Source of the DNA: Patescibacteria group bacterium
GTDB lineage: Bacteria; Pseudomonadota; Alphaproteobacteria; Micavibrionales; UBA2020
DNA length: 64,000 nt
Assembly: GCA_035626855.1 (NCBI GenBank)
Contig: DASPMW010000128.1
Span: forward strand, 1,574 to 65,573
Direction of reading: 5' to 3'
Shown here: positions 1-8,842 of the stretch, one piece after another
Numbering within the stretch: the stretch's first letter is position 1
Layout: each line of letters begins with the position of its first letter
Made by a program: the position numbers and the translations under genes
The notes under the pieces: generated by a model
The model's database searches: none
The model's input: only the letters and a program-made list of their open reading frames with translations
Told to the model about the DNA's origin: nothing

Positions 1-429
1 GATGCCGACCAGCTTGCCATTCGCCTTGGTCACCGGCACGCCCGAAATGCGGTAGCGCTTCATGAGGTCGAGCGCTTCGGCCAGCGGCGCGTCGGGGTGG
101 ATGGTGATAGGATTTAGCACCATGCCAGATTCATACCGCTTCACGCGGCGCACATGCTCCGCCTGCATGTCGGGTTCCATGTTGCGGTGGATGATGCCCA
201 TGCCGCCTGCTTGCGCCAGCGCAATCGCCGCTTCGGCCTCCGTCACCGTATCCATCGCGGCCGAGACGAGCGGGATGTTCAGCCTGATATTCTGCGTGAT
301 GCGCGTCGAAGTATCCGCGTCGAGCGGCTGTATCTCCGACGCCCCCGGCAGCAGCAGCACGTCGTCAAAAGTCAGCCCCACGGCGGCGCGGATTTTCTCG
401 GTAACGATTTTCGATGATTTCTTGGCCAT
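1..429 (-). CDS. guaB: IMP dehydrogenase, N-terminal part (gene continues past the left window edge)
   Basis: Absent from the ORF track because it is truncated. My reverse-strand translation from ATG (cat at 427-429) reads [84 protein letters not shown]..., the conserved IMPDH N-terminus. An SD-like GGAAGG lies upstream. Confidence 0.9.
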   Translation of the reverse strand, partial: MAKKSSKIVTEKIRAAVGLTFDDVLLLPGASEIQPLDADTSTRITQNIRLNIPLVSAAMDTVTEAEAAIALAQAGGMGIIHRNMEPDMQAEHVRRVKRYESGMVLNPITIHPDAPLAEALDLMKRYRISGVPVTKANGKLVGI

Positions 430-521
430 GGCAACCTTCCGGCGGCAGGGGTTTCGGTTGCAGTTTTTTATATATGATGCGGTGCGGGATGTCCAACACG
501 GTGGCAAAACCATTGCTGCAT

Positions 522-1016
522 TTACATATCGCTTAGAGCTTTTGTGTTACTAAAGCGGTGTGCCAGAAGTTTTAAGCAATCGCTGACGCCGCAATCTAGT
601 ATCTCCAAACTGGCGTTTTCCGCGACGCATTCGAAAGTCGAATCGTGAAACGCAAAAATTAGGTGCCTTAGCTCACGATAAGCTTTTGGGTTATGACGGG
701 AATGAACGGAATTTATTATAACGAGTTCAGAAATCCATGAAGACTCATGCACATTGAAGACGCTGTAAGGTCTCAGACCAGTTTTGTAAAGCGGGTGGCC
801 GCTTAGAGCTTCATCATTGGGTGCGCCAAACTTAAAAATGAGAAAATTCCGGAATTGTACTACTGCCGCTTTAGTCGCAGCCCGCTTTTCCTCAGCAATG
901 AGATAAATTAAATAGAGGGTAGTCTCATTACAGATTATCGCCGGTAACGGAGCTCCAGGCGATGAGGTTGGGAAGTCGACTAGCTCTTCTAAGCGATCTA
1001 ATTTCGTCACTCCCAC
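522..1016 (-). CDS. hypothetical protein, AT-rich orphan ORF between guaA and guaB
   Basis: ORF track 164 aa with GTG at 1016. An in-frame GTG at 1010 would form a GTGA overlap with the guaA stop (1007-1009). Visibly lower GC than both neighbours. No family assigned (contains [15 protein letters not shown] and [15 protein letters not shown] segments). Confidence 0.5.
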   Translation of the reverse strand: MGVTKLDRLEELVDFPTSSPGAPLPAIICNETTLYLIYLIAEEKRAATKAAVVQFRNFLIFKFGAPNDEALSGHPLYKTGLRPYSVFNVHESSWISELVIINSVHSRHNPKAYRELRHLIFAFHDSTFECVAENASLEILDCGVSDCLKLLAHRFSNTKALSDM

Positions 1017-2602
1017 TCAATCGTCCCCGGCGGCTTGCTCGTGATGTCATAGACCACGCGGTTAATGCCCTTCACTTCGTTCACAATTCGCACGGCGCAG
1101 CGGCCGAGGAATTCGTGGGGGAGGGGGGCGTAGTCGGCGGTCATGCCGTCCACTGAGGTCACGGCGCGGAGGGCGAGGACGCTGTCATAGGTGCGGCCGT
1201 CGCCCATCACGCCGACGGTTTTGACGGGCAGCAGCACGGCGAAGGCCTGCCAGGTTTCGTCATATAATTTATTGCTGTGCAGCTCCTCGATAAAAATCGC
1301 ATCGGCCTTGCGCAGGATGGCGAGTTTTTCCTCGGTGATATCGCCCGGAATGCGTATAGCGAGGCCGGGGCCGGGGAAGGGGTGGCGCTTGATGAATTTT
1401 TCGGGGATGCCAAGCTCGGCACCGAGCGCGCGCACCTCGTCCTTGAACAGCGCGCGCAACGGCTCCACCAGCTGGAATTTCATGTCTTCCGGCAGCCCGC
1501 CGACATTGTGGTGCGACTTGATCGTGACGCTCGGCCCGCCGGTGAAGGATACGCTTTCGATTACATCGGGGTAAAGCGTGCCTTGCGCGAGGAACTTCGC
1601 TTCGCCTGCGCGCTTCTTCGCGTCCTCGAATACGTCGATAAAGGCCTTGCCGATGATCTTGCGCTTCTGCTCGGGGTCGGAAACGCCCGCGAGGCGCTCG
1701 AGGAACAGCGGTCCCGCCTTTTCATGCACCAGCGGAATGTTGAAATGGTTGCGGAACAGGTCGACCACTTCCTCGCCCTCGTTCAGCCGCATCAATCCGG
1801 TATCGACGAAGATGCAGGTCAGCTGGCCGCCGATCGCGGCATGCAGCAGCCCTGCGACGACGGTTGAATCGACGCCGCCTGACACGCCGCATATGACGCG
1901 CTCCTTGCCCACCTGCCTGCGGATCGCCTCGATCGCCTCGTCCTTGAAGGCCGCCATCGTCCAGTCGTTTTTGCAGCCGGCGATTTTCAGGATGAAGTTC
2001 GAGATGATCTGCTTGCCCTCCGGCGTATGCACGACTTCGGGGTGGAACTGCACGCCATAGAATTTGCGGGTTTCGTCGGCGACGGCGGCATAGGGGCAGG
2101 TGTCGCTCTTGCCGATGACGCAGAAGCCGTCCGGAATGGCGGATACGCTGTCGCCATGGCTCATCCAGACCTGCGGCTTCACGCCCGCCTGCCAGATGCC
2201 GTCGAACAGCGGCGATTTAGCGTGCTCGACCGTGATATGCGCGCGGCCGAATTCGCGCTTGGGCGAAGACGTCACTTTTCCGCCCAGCTGTTCGCACATC
2301 GTCTGCTGGCCGTAGCAAATTCCCAGAACAGGTATGCCCATCTTGAAAATCTCGTCATGCGCGCGGGGGGAATTCGCCTCCGTCACGCTTGCCGGGCCGC
2401 CCGAGAGGATGATCGCCTTGGGGTTCGCCGCGCGAATTTTTTCCATCGATGCGCTGAAGGGGAGGAGAACCGAGTAAACCCCCGCCTCCCGGATGCGCCG
2501 CGCGATCAGCTGCGTCACCTGGCTGCCGAAATCGAGGATCACGACGGTGTCGTGGATCTTCTTCGGCTCGATGGTCGCGGGGGCGGCGGGACGGGCTTGC
2601 AT
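1007..2602 (-). CDS. guaA: GMP synthase (glutamine-hydrolysing)
   Basis: 531 aa. Amidotransferase half (GICYGQQ, VQFHPEV), PP-loop SGGVDS, and the typical C-terminal KPPGTIEWE. Confidence 0.95.
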   Translation of the reverse strand: MQARPAAPATIEPKKIHDTVVILDFGSQVTQLIARRIREAGVYSVLLPFSASMEKIRAANPKAIILSGGPASVTEANSPRAHDEIFKMGIPVLGICYGQQTMCEQLGGKVTSSPKREFGRAHITVEHAKSPLFDGIWQAGVKPQVWMSHGDSVSAIPDGFCVIGKSDTCPYAAVADETRKFYGVQFHPEVVHTPEGKQIISNFILKIAGCKNDWTMAAFKDEAIEAIRRQVGKERVICGVSGGVDSTVVAGLLHAAIGGQLTCIFVDTGLMRLNEGEEVVDLFRNHFNIPLVHEKAGPLFLERLAGVSDPEQKRKIIGKAFIDVFEDAKKRAGEAKFLAQGTLYPDVIESVSFTGGPSVTIKSHHNVGGLPEDMKFQLVEPLRALFKDEVRALGAELGIPEKFIKRHPFPGPGLAIRIPGDITEEKLAILRKADAIFIEELHSNKLYDETWQAFAVLLPVKTVGVMGDGRTYDSVLALRAVTSVDGMTADYAPLPHEFLGRCAVRIVNEVKGINRVVYDITSKPPGTIEWE

Positions 2603-2696
2603 GGCAACTCCTCTGGCGCAAAAATGCTCGCGCCACTATCCGAAACTGCAGGCTTTGCCGTCAATTGATTCGGGCGTTTTTATCCATAACTAGCTT

Positions 2697-2770
2697 GTCA
2701 TCCTGAGCGCAGTGAAGGATCTCCCTTCCTGCGGCAAGAAAGAGAGATCCTTCGCTGTGCTCAGGATGAC
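2697..2770. repeat. palindromic extragenic repeat, family 1 (GTCATYCTGAGCGCAGYGAAGRATC arms)
   Basis: gtcatcctgagcgcagtgaaggatctccc / gagatccttcgctgtgctcaggatgac inverted pair with a ~19-nt loop. It starts 7 nt past the stop of the minus-strand gene ending at 2777. The same arms recur at 8667 and three times in 18531-19024. Confidence 0.85.
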
Positions 2771-2776
2771 AGGGGA

Positions 2777-4153
2777 TTATACCTTGCGCTTGCCCGGCCG
2801 GATCAGCCCCATCGCGAACAGGATGACGATGACGAGCGTCGCCACCAGCACGCCCACGCGCAAGGGAGAGGGCGCAGCAAGGTTATCGCCCTGCGTCGTG
2901 AAGTCGACAGTATCGACGATCACAGAGAGCGAGCTGATGAGCGTAAAGGCGAGCATGAACAGCCCGAGCTTCTTGTTCTGCAGGTGGTTCAGGTTTTCGC
3001 GGATGCGGTTATAGATTTTCTCCACCAGTTCCAGCTTGGTATTGAGGTTGGCGAAGCGGTCGCGCGTATGCCAGGCTTTTTCGAGCGCGTGCCACACCTT
3101 CAACCCCTGTGGGTCCAGACTGTTGTCGAAATCGTCATAGACGGCCTTGAACAGCGTCACCTTCGACTGGTATTCGACGATCAGCTCCGATTGGCGTTCC
3201 AGCAGGCGCATATCCTGCGAATGTTTCTGGCGGTCGAGATCGTTGGACAGGAAGAACAGGTCGCGGTCGATATCCTCCGCGGCCACGTAAAATATATTTT
3301 GCGTGCGCACCATGCTCAACAGCGTGCCGAGCTGTTTCGGCTGCACCGCGCTGGCGTCATAAATCTCGGCCGAGTTGCCGTTGCCGGGATAGACCGAGAG
3401 GCCCGCGGAGACGGAGGCGTCCTCGATCAGCGCCGGCTGCTCGCCGAAGATCAGCGCCTTGCCGGTTTCCTTCAGCACGGCATATTCGCCCCCGCTGGCA
3501 CAGGCAACATGGAATACCCGGTGCACCCAGAACAGGTCGCCGATGCCCTGGAACAGGCAGGTATTCGCCCAATAGGCGTTCTTGCCGCTGCCGTGGAAAT
3601 TAGCGAGCGTCAATTCGGGCGCCAGCTGCGCGCCCACGCGCTTGAAGGTTTCAAGGTAAAGCGTCTTGAAGGCGGTCAGCTCGGAACTCGCCTTTTCAGC
3701 CGCCACGCGGAATTCATCGAGCGACATATCGCGGAGCGCCTCGATCTCCCCCTCGAACGTCGCCGATCCATAGCCCATGTCATAGACGCGGATATCGATG
3801 CTGTGGATATGGAACAGGCAGGTCCCGTCGAGCTTGATGACACTCGGCAGCACCAGCGTCCCAAGCGCGGATTCAAGGTCGGCGCCCGTCAGCGTGCGGC
3901 CGATGAAATAGCCGGGAATGATCGTGTTGCCGCGCCGCGTATCCGCATCGATCTTCATCTTGTTGCCGCGCGCGCCCTGCGCCGGCGTGTACCAGTGGCC
4001 GGCATAGGCGGCCGAAATGGCGGCCGCGAAATCATGCTGATAGTCGGCGTATCCCCGCGCCAGCAGCGCGCGGCTGTCGATAACAAGGCCCGAGCGCAGC
4101 GGGCCGTTGAAGGTCATTTCGCGGCGCGCGGCTTTCGCGAGAAACACCGTCAT
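2777..4153 (-). CDS. hypothetical membrane protein (large soluble N-terminal region, coiled-coil stalk, two C-terminal TM helices, basic tail)
   Basis: 458-aa ORF. Its ATG overlaps the stop of the upstream M48 gene (ATGA at 4150-4153). C-terminus reads LGLFMLAFTLISSLSVIV...VGVLVATLVIVILFAMGLIRPGKRKV. No family recognised. Confidence 0.6.
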   Translation of the reverse strand: MTVFLAKAARREMTFNGPLRSGLVIDSRALLARGYADYQHDFAAAISAAYAGHWYTPAQGARGNKMKIDADTRRGNTIIPGYFIGRTLTGADLESALGTLVLPSVIKLDGTCLFHIHSIDIRVYDMGYGSATFEGEIEALRDMSLDEFRVAAEKASSELTAFKTLYLETFKRVGAQLAPELTLANFHGSGKNAYWANTCLFQGIGDLFWVHRVFHVACASGGEYAVLKETGKALIFGEQPALIEDASVSAGLSVYPGNGNSAEIYDASAVQPKQLGTLLSMVRTQNIFYVAAEDIDRDLFFLSNDLDRQKHSQDMRLLERQSELIVEYQSKVTLFKAVYDDFDNSLDPQGLKVWHALEKAWHTRDRFANLNTKLELVEKIYNRIRENLNHLQNKKLGLFMLAFTLISSLSVIVDTVDFTTQGDNLAAPSPLRVGVLVATLVIVILFAMGLIRPGKRKV

Positions 4154-6537
4154 GTCGTGCCTTTCTTGCTGTCGTAGATCAGCGCGCCTGGAATTTTTTT
4201 CAATCGTCCCTCCAGTCCCGAAATCGCCGTCACGTCAATGAACAGGAAATCCGCGCCGAGGCCCGAGGTTGCAATGAACTGGTTCAGTTCCTCCTGCAGC
4301 TTCTTCTGCGACCAGAACGCGCCCTTGCTCCGGAAGCCGATCAGGTAGGCGGGATATTCCGGCAGGTAGCGCACTTCCTTGCGCGCAAGGTAAACGAAAC
4401 GCAGCAGCTTGAACTGCGCGCAGTGGCGTGCGATTGCCGCGACGGTCGTCTCCGGCAATCCGTGCGGATGGTAACGATCCGTTGCCAGTACGATCTGCCG
4501 TTCCTCCGCGCCCGCTTCGCGCTCGTATTCCCAGGCGCTCAGTTTTTCTTCCCAGCTTTTTGCATCTTCCGGGCGCTTTTGCTTGTGGTAATAGCCAATC
4601 GCATGGCGGCAGGCGCCTTGCAGGCATTGCTTGTCGGCGGCAAGGCCCTCCAGAACCGGCAATTGCGTTTCGTCGCCGTTCCACAATCGCAGGCCCGCGA
4701 TATTCAGTTTCGCCATGGCGTTGTCCGGCTCGCGTGCCAGCAGCTCCTCGCTCGCCGCGATCACGCTCTGGTCATCCTTCGCGCGGTCGGATGCGGAGAT
4801 ATATTCCATCAGCTCTTCGCGAGTCAGCTCAGTCAGCGCGCGGGCCTTCAGCTCCGCGTGACGGGCGGTGAGCGTCTTGTGCTCTTCATGCGCGGCTTCC
4901 CAATGCGGGCGCGCGTTATGCAGCCACTCCATGTTGAAAATTTCCGTCAGCTTCTGCTCCAGCGGGCCGAGCAGTTCCGCCGCGCCGCTCTGCGCAATCG
5001 GCTGCGGCGGAATGAAGCCCTGGCCGAGCGCGCGCAACCGCTCCATCAGCGTCGGATGCGTGCTCGCAAAACCCGGCGTTTCCTTGGTGACGACCTCGAT
5101 AATTTCCTGCTGGTCGCGCGGCTGCGCGAAGAAACCGGCCAGGGCGGTGTACGGCGCTTCGGCAGCCGGATCGGGCACCGCCTCGCTCTTCTTCCACTGG
5201 TCGCGCCAGTAAATCGTGCCGACTTCGTGGTCGCGCACCGCGACGGCGGAAAGCGCGGCCGCCGCATGTTCCGCGCCCGCGAGCTTCGCGGCGAAGGCAT
5301 CCGCCTCGTACTCGCAGCGGCGTGACAGGGCGAAACTGTAGGCGCTGAACACGCCGATAAACCACTGGTAAAAGCGGTTGAGCTTCAGCGCGTACCACAT
5401 CTGCTCGAACTGCAGCCGGTCGCCCAAAATCAGCCAGCTGGTGCGGATGCGGTAAATCCATTGGCCAAGTGCGTTATCTTTGGCCGCGACATGGCCGTAT
5501 TCATGGCCGACGACGGAGGCCAGCTGCGGTTTCGTCAGCGCCTGCATGAGCGGCAGGCCGAGTGTCAGCGTCACCGGACCGAAGCCGAAAAAGCCCAGGA
5601 ATCCACCGTCGCGGCTGACGCTCGCGTTCATTTCGTTGCTGATATAGACGCGCTGGAAACGCGGGCCTTCGGCTTTTTCGATGATTTTCGCAAGGAAGGC
5701 GAAAAGTTGCGGGGCGTCTTGGGCGTTCACCTCGATACCGGGCGGCAGGAATTTCGGCATCAACAGCGATTTCGCCATCGCAAACGAAAATCCGATCGGC
5801 ACGGCGGCGAGGATGAAGGCAAGCTTCGCAGCACCGGCATTCGCGCCCGTGAGCACCAGCACCGCCGCCCCCATGCCGAGCCCGACCGGGATCATGAGAA
5901 GTATCGCCCCGAACACAACCGCATAGCCAAGCAGGGCGAGGCGGATGGTGCGGCGCTTCAGCCATTGCGGGTCTTGCGCGGCCTTCGCCTCGACCAGCTT
6001 CACCAGATGCACGAAATCGTCGTCGCGCTTTTTGCGCGCGGCGGGCGTGACGACCTGGATGTCGTCTGCGAGCATCCACAGCGCGTAAAGCGGCGGCAGC
6101 AATAGGCAGAGGAACAGGCCCATGAGGAAATGAAAATTGAAGCGCAGGCCGAAGAGCGAGAAGCGCATCGATTTATCATGCGCAATATCCCATTCATTGG
6201 CATAGGGGCGCTCGGCCACGCCGGTTGCGAAGAAATCGCCCTTCTTCACGCGGTGCCGCGCGCTTTTGCCGCTATACATCCACTCGATGAAATCCGCCTC
6301 GCTCGCGATCGGCGGCACCGCGGCGGTCTTGGGATCGGCCAGCTGGGCAAGGATCAGCATCTTCGGCGGAAACTGCCGCCAGTCCATCGCGCGGCCGAGG
6401 TATTTCCAGTGATAGGGGCCTGCCATCGCGCTCGCGGGCGGCAGCGGCGCGCGCGTGGTCGCATTGGTCGCCGTAAACTGCAGCGCGGGCAGCCAGATGA
6501 CAAGGAACAGCGCGGTGAAAAGGAGGCGTTTCAGCAT
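4150..6537 (-). CDS. M48-family zinc metallopeptidase, multi-pass membrane protein with long helical C-terminal extension
   Basis: 795 aa. HExxH in the context VVGHEYGHVAAKD, a downstream EYEADAFAA, an N-terminal signal/TM and several hydrophobic segments before the protease core. Confidence 0.75.
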   Translation of the reverse strand: MLKRLLFTALFLVIWLPALQFTATNATTRAPLPPASAMAGPYHWKYLGRAMDWRQFPPKMLILAQLADPKTAAVPPIASEADFIEWMYSGKSARHRVKKGDFFATGVAERPYANEWDIAHDKSMRFSLFGLRFNFHFLMGLFLCLLLPPLYALWMLADDIQVVTPAARKKRDDDFVHLVKLVEAKAAQDPQWLKRRTIRLALLGYAVVFGAILLMIPVGLGMGAAVLVLTGANAGAAKLAFILAAVPIGFSFAMAKSLLMPKFLPPGIEVNAQDAPQLFAFLAKIIEKAEGPRFQRVYISNEMNASVSRDGGFLGFFGFGPVTLTLGLPLMQALTKPQLASVVGHEYGHVAAKDNALGQWIYRIRTSWLILGDRLQFEQMWYALKLNRFYQWFIGVFSAYSFALSRRCEYEADAFAAKLAGAEHAAAALSAVAVRDHEVGTIYWRDQWKKSEAVPDPAAEAPYTALAGFFAQPRDQQEIIEVVTKETPGFASTHPTLMERLRALGQGFIPPQPIAQSGAAELLGPLEQKLTEIFNMEWLHNARPHWEAAHEEHKTLTARHAELKARALTELTREELMEYISASDRAKDDQSVIAASEELLAREPDNAMAKLNIAGLRLWNGDETQLPVLEGLAADKQCLQGACRHAIGYYHKQKRPEDAKSWEEKLSAWEYEREAGAEERQIVLATDRYHPHGLPETTVAAIARHCAQFKLLRFVYLARKEVRYLPEYPAYLIGFRSKGAFWSQKKLQEELNQFIATSGLGADFLFIDVTAISGLEGRLKKIPGALIYDSKKGTT

Positions 6538-6602
6538 GGCGGGGAGGACCTTATATTTCCATCCCCATTCTAAAGCGCGATCTTTAAGAAAACTCTAATT
6601 GA

Positions 6603-7634
6603 TTATGGGCAATGCGGGCGTGGCGGCTGGGGCGGAATGTAGGGAGCGATGGGCGCAGGCGGCGCGAGCTTCGCCTGCATGCGCGCGATCAGGTCATCCT
6701 TGTCGAATTCGGTGTAGCGCAGGTGCCAGGGCTTGTCCTTGCCCTCGCCAGCCCGCTCCTGGTAGAGCAGCCCGATTTTATCGCCGAGATCGATGGTGTC
6801 GGGATGGCCGTTTTCGCCCGTGCCCTCCGGATAGGCAGTCGGGTCGATCGGGGTTTCCATCGGCTCGAACGGGCCGTTCGGCGTTCTCGATGCCGCAAAA
6901 AATACGCGCTGGCGCGTGCCGCGCTCGGTCAGTTCCTTGTCGAGGAAGGCGACGCCGACCATGAGGAACAGGTCATCCGCCAGCTGCACCACCTTCGCGC
7001 CCTCCAGGCCCCATTCGTAATTGGGCGTCCCGGGCTTGTTGTGGAAGGGCACATCTTCCTGCTTCAGCGCAAGCTGCGGCGCTTCCCAGCACTCCGTGCC
7101 TTTTTCGCGCAGCGACACATAGACATCGCCGCAGCCGAGGCTGCGATAGCCGGAAAACGTCATGCAATCATAATCGCGGCCATTCAGGCGAATGTCGGAG
7201 AGCGCGACGTCATAGAGGCTCACGACCGGCACCGGACCCTGCGGCACATCGTCCTTGGTCATCGCGGGCAGCGCCGCGCCGTGGAAATTGCGTCCATCGA
7301 GCGACACAGCCTGCGCGATCACGCCCGTCGTGCTGAAACAGCTGGTCTGGATGAACATTTCCCATTCGCCCTTCGCGTTCAGCACCACGGCGGGCGCGAC
7401 GACTTCGGGGCCTGCGATATTGGTGATGACGGTCGGCTCCAGCTCCTGCCAGGGACCGCCCGGATGATCGGCCTTGAACCGCCCGACGCACCAGGGCTTG
7501 TCCTTCTCCGTGCCGAGCGTTGCGAACATGAAATAGCTGCCGTCCGGCGCCTTCACCACGCTCGGATCCTTGATCTCGAAGTAACCCGTATCGATATCGT
7601 TAAGGCGGCGGAAGGCGACGCGGTGCGATGTCAT
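6603..7634 (-). CDS. GH43-like five-bladed beta-propeller glycoside-hydrolase-family protein (function uncertain)
   Basis: ORF track 6603-7739; I prefer the internal ATG at 7634 (MTSHRVAF...). FEIKDPSVVKAPDGSYFMFAT and LEGAKVVQLADDLFLMV resemble the GH43-type Asp and Glu blades. Pro-rich C-terminal tail. Confidence 0.5.
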   Translation of the reverse strand: MTSHRVAFRRLNDIDTGYFEIKDPSVVKAPDGSYFMFATLGTEKDKPWCVGRFKADHPGGPWQELEPTVITNIAGPEVVAPAVVLNAKGEWEMFIQTSCFSTTGVIAQAVSLDGRNFHGAALPAMTKDDVPQGPVPVVSLYDVALSDIRLNGRDYDCMTFSGYRSLGCGDVYVSLREKGTECWEAPQLALKQEDVPFHNKPGTPNYEWGLEGAKVVQLADDLFLMVGVAFLDKELTERGTRQRVFFAASRTPNGPFEPMETPIDPTAYPEGTGENGHPDTIDLGDKIGLLYQERAGEGKDKPWHLRYTEFDKDDLIARMQAKLAPPAPIAPYIPPQPPRPHCP

Positions 7635-7786
7635 GATCGGTATCCCGAAAATTGAGCGATAAGGAAAATTACGCGCTGATCCGGTGCCGCGCAACCCCCT
7701 GATTGGGCAAGATAAATTCACGCTTATGGCATTCTGCAATGCAGTAAAAATCGCCTTTGAATTGCAGCTGGGCTATAACGGATTCC

Positions 7787-8665
7787 ATGACGCAGAAAAA
7801 AATCACGAAGATCGTCTTCCCTGCCGCCGGCCTCGCCACGCGCTTCCTGCCCGCGACCAAGACCGTGCCGAAGGAGCTGTTCCCGCTTGTCGACAAGCCA
7901 CTGCTGCAATACGCGGTCGAGGAGGCGAAGGAAGCGGGGATCGACGAATTCATTTTCGTGATCTCCGCGCGGAAAGACGCGATCCGCCAGCATTTCGCGC
8001 GAGAGGAAGCGCTCGAGCAATACCTCGCCGATATCGGCAAGCAGGCCTATGCCGATATCATCCGCGCTTGCGCGCTGCCGGATGACGCCGTGCATATCAT
8101 CCATCAGGACGAACCGCGCGGCCTCGGCCACGCCGTCTGGCTTGCGCGCGATGTTGTGGGCGATGCGCCCTTCGCCGTGTTGCTGCCCGACGACGCAATC
8201 CTCGCCAAAACCGGCGCGCTGAAGCAGATGGTTGATTTCGGGGCCGCGCATCCGGGGTCGAGCCTCGTCGCCGCGCAGGACGTCGCGCCCGAGCAGGTGC
8301 ATATGTATGGCGTTATCGACGGCGCGGCCGAGTACGGCCATCTGCGCGTGAGATCGCTGGTCGAAAAACCGTCACGCGAAGCCGCGCCCTCCGCCACCGC
8401 CATCATCGGCCGCTATATCCTGCAGCCGGAAATTTTCGGCATCCTCGACAAAATGGTGCATGCCCCGCGCGGCAAGGGCGAAATCCAGCTGACTGACGCG
8501 ATCTCGGAGCTCGCCGCGACCGCGCCCGTCTATGGCTTCCGCTTCGACGGCAGGCGCTACGACTGCGGCCACTGCGCCGGCCTCATCGAAGCCGCCGTCG
8601 CCTTCGCGCTGCAGCGCCCCGATATCGCGCCGGGGCTGCGCGAAAAGCTGGCGGCGCTTCTCTGA
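7787..8665 (+). CDS. galU: UTP--glucose-1-phosphate uridylyltransferase
   Basis: KIVFPAAGLATRFLPATKTVPKELFPLVDKPLLQYAVEEA is the GalU N-terminal signature. ATG at 7787 is preferred over the TTG at 7757 used by the ORF track. Confidence 0.9.
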   Translation: MTQKKITKIVFPAAGLATRFLPATKTVPKELFPLVDKPLLQYAVEEAKEAGIDEFIFVISARKDAIRQHFAREEALEQYLADIGKQAYADIIRACALPDDAVHIIHQDEPRGLGHAVWLARDVVGDAPFAVLLPDDAILAKTGALKQMVDFGAAHPGSSLVAAQDVAPEQVHMYGVIDGAAEYGHLRVRSLVEKPSREAAPSATAIIGRYILQPEIFGILDKMVHAPRGKGEIQLTDAISELAATAPVYGFRFDGRRYDCGHCAGLIEAAVAFALQRPDIAPGLREKLAALL

Positions 8666-8666
8666 T

Positions 8667-8740
8667 GTCATTCTAAGCGCAGCGAAGAATCCCCCTTGCT
8701 TGCCGGAGTGAGGGAGATCCTTCGCTGCGCTCAGGATAAC
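8667..8740. repeat. palindromic extragenic repeat, family 1
   Basis: gtcattctaagcgcagcgaagaatccccc ... ggagatccttcgctgcgctcaggataac. It begins 2 nt after the galU stop codon. Confidence 0.85.
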
Positions 8741-8842
8741 AATTAGATTCCGTAAACTCCCCGCAACGCATCCTTAATATCTTCCCCCTATTCTCGGAAT
8801 GCGGGAATCCGCGGCAAGGGCATCATCGGGGGCAGATCTTTC

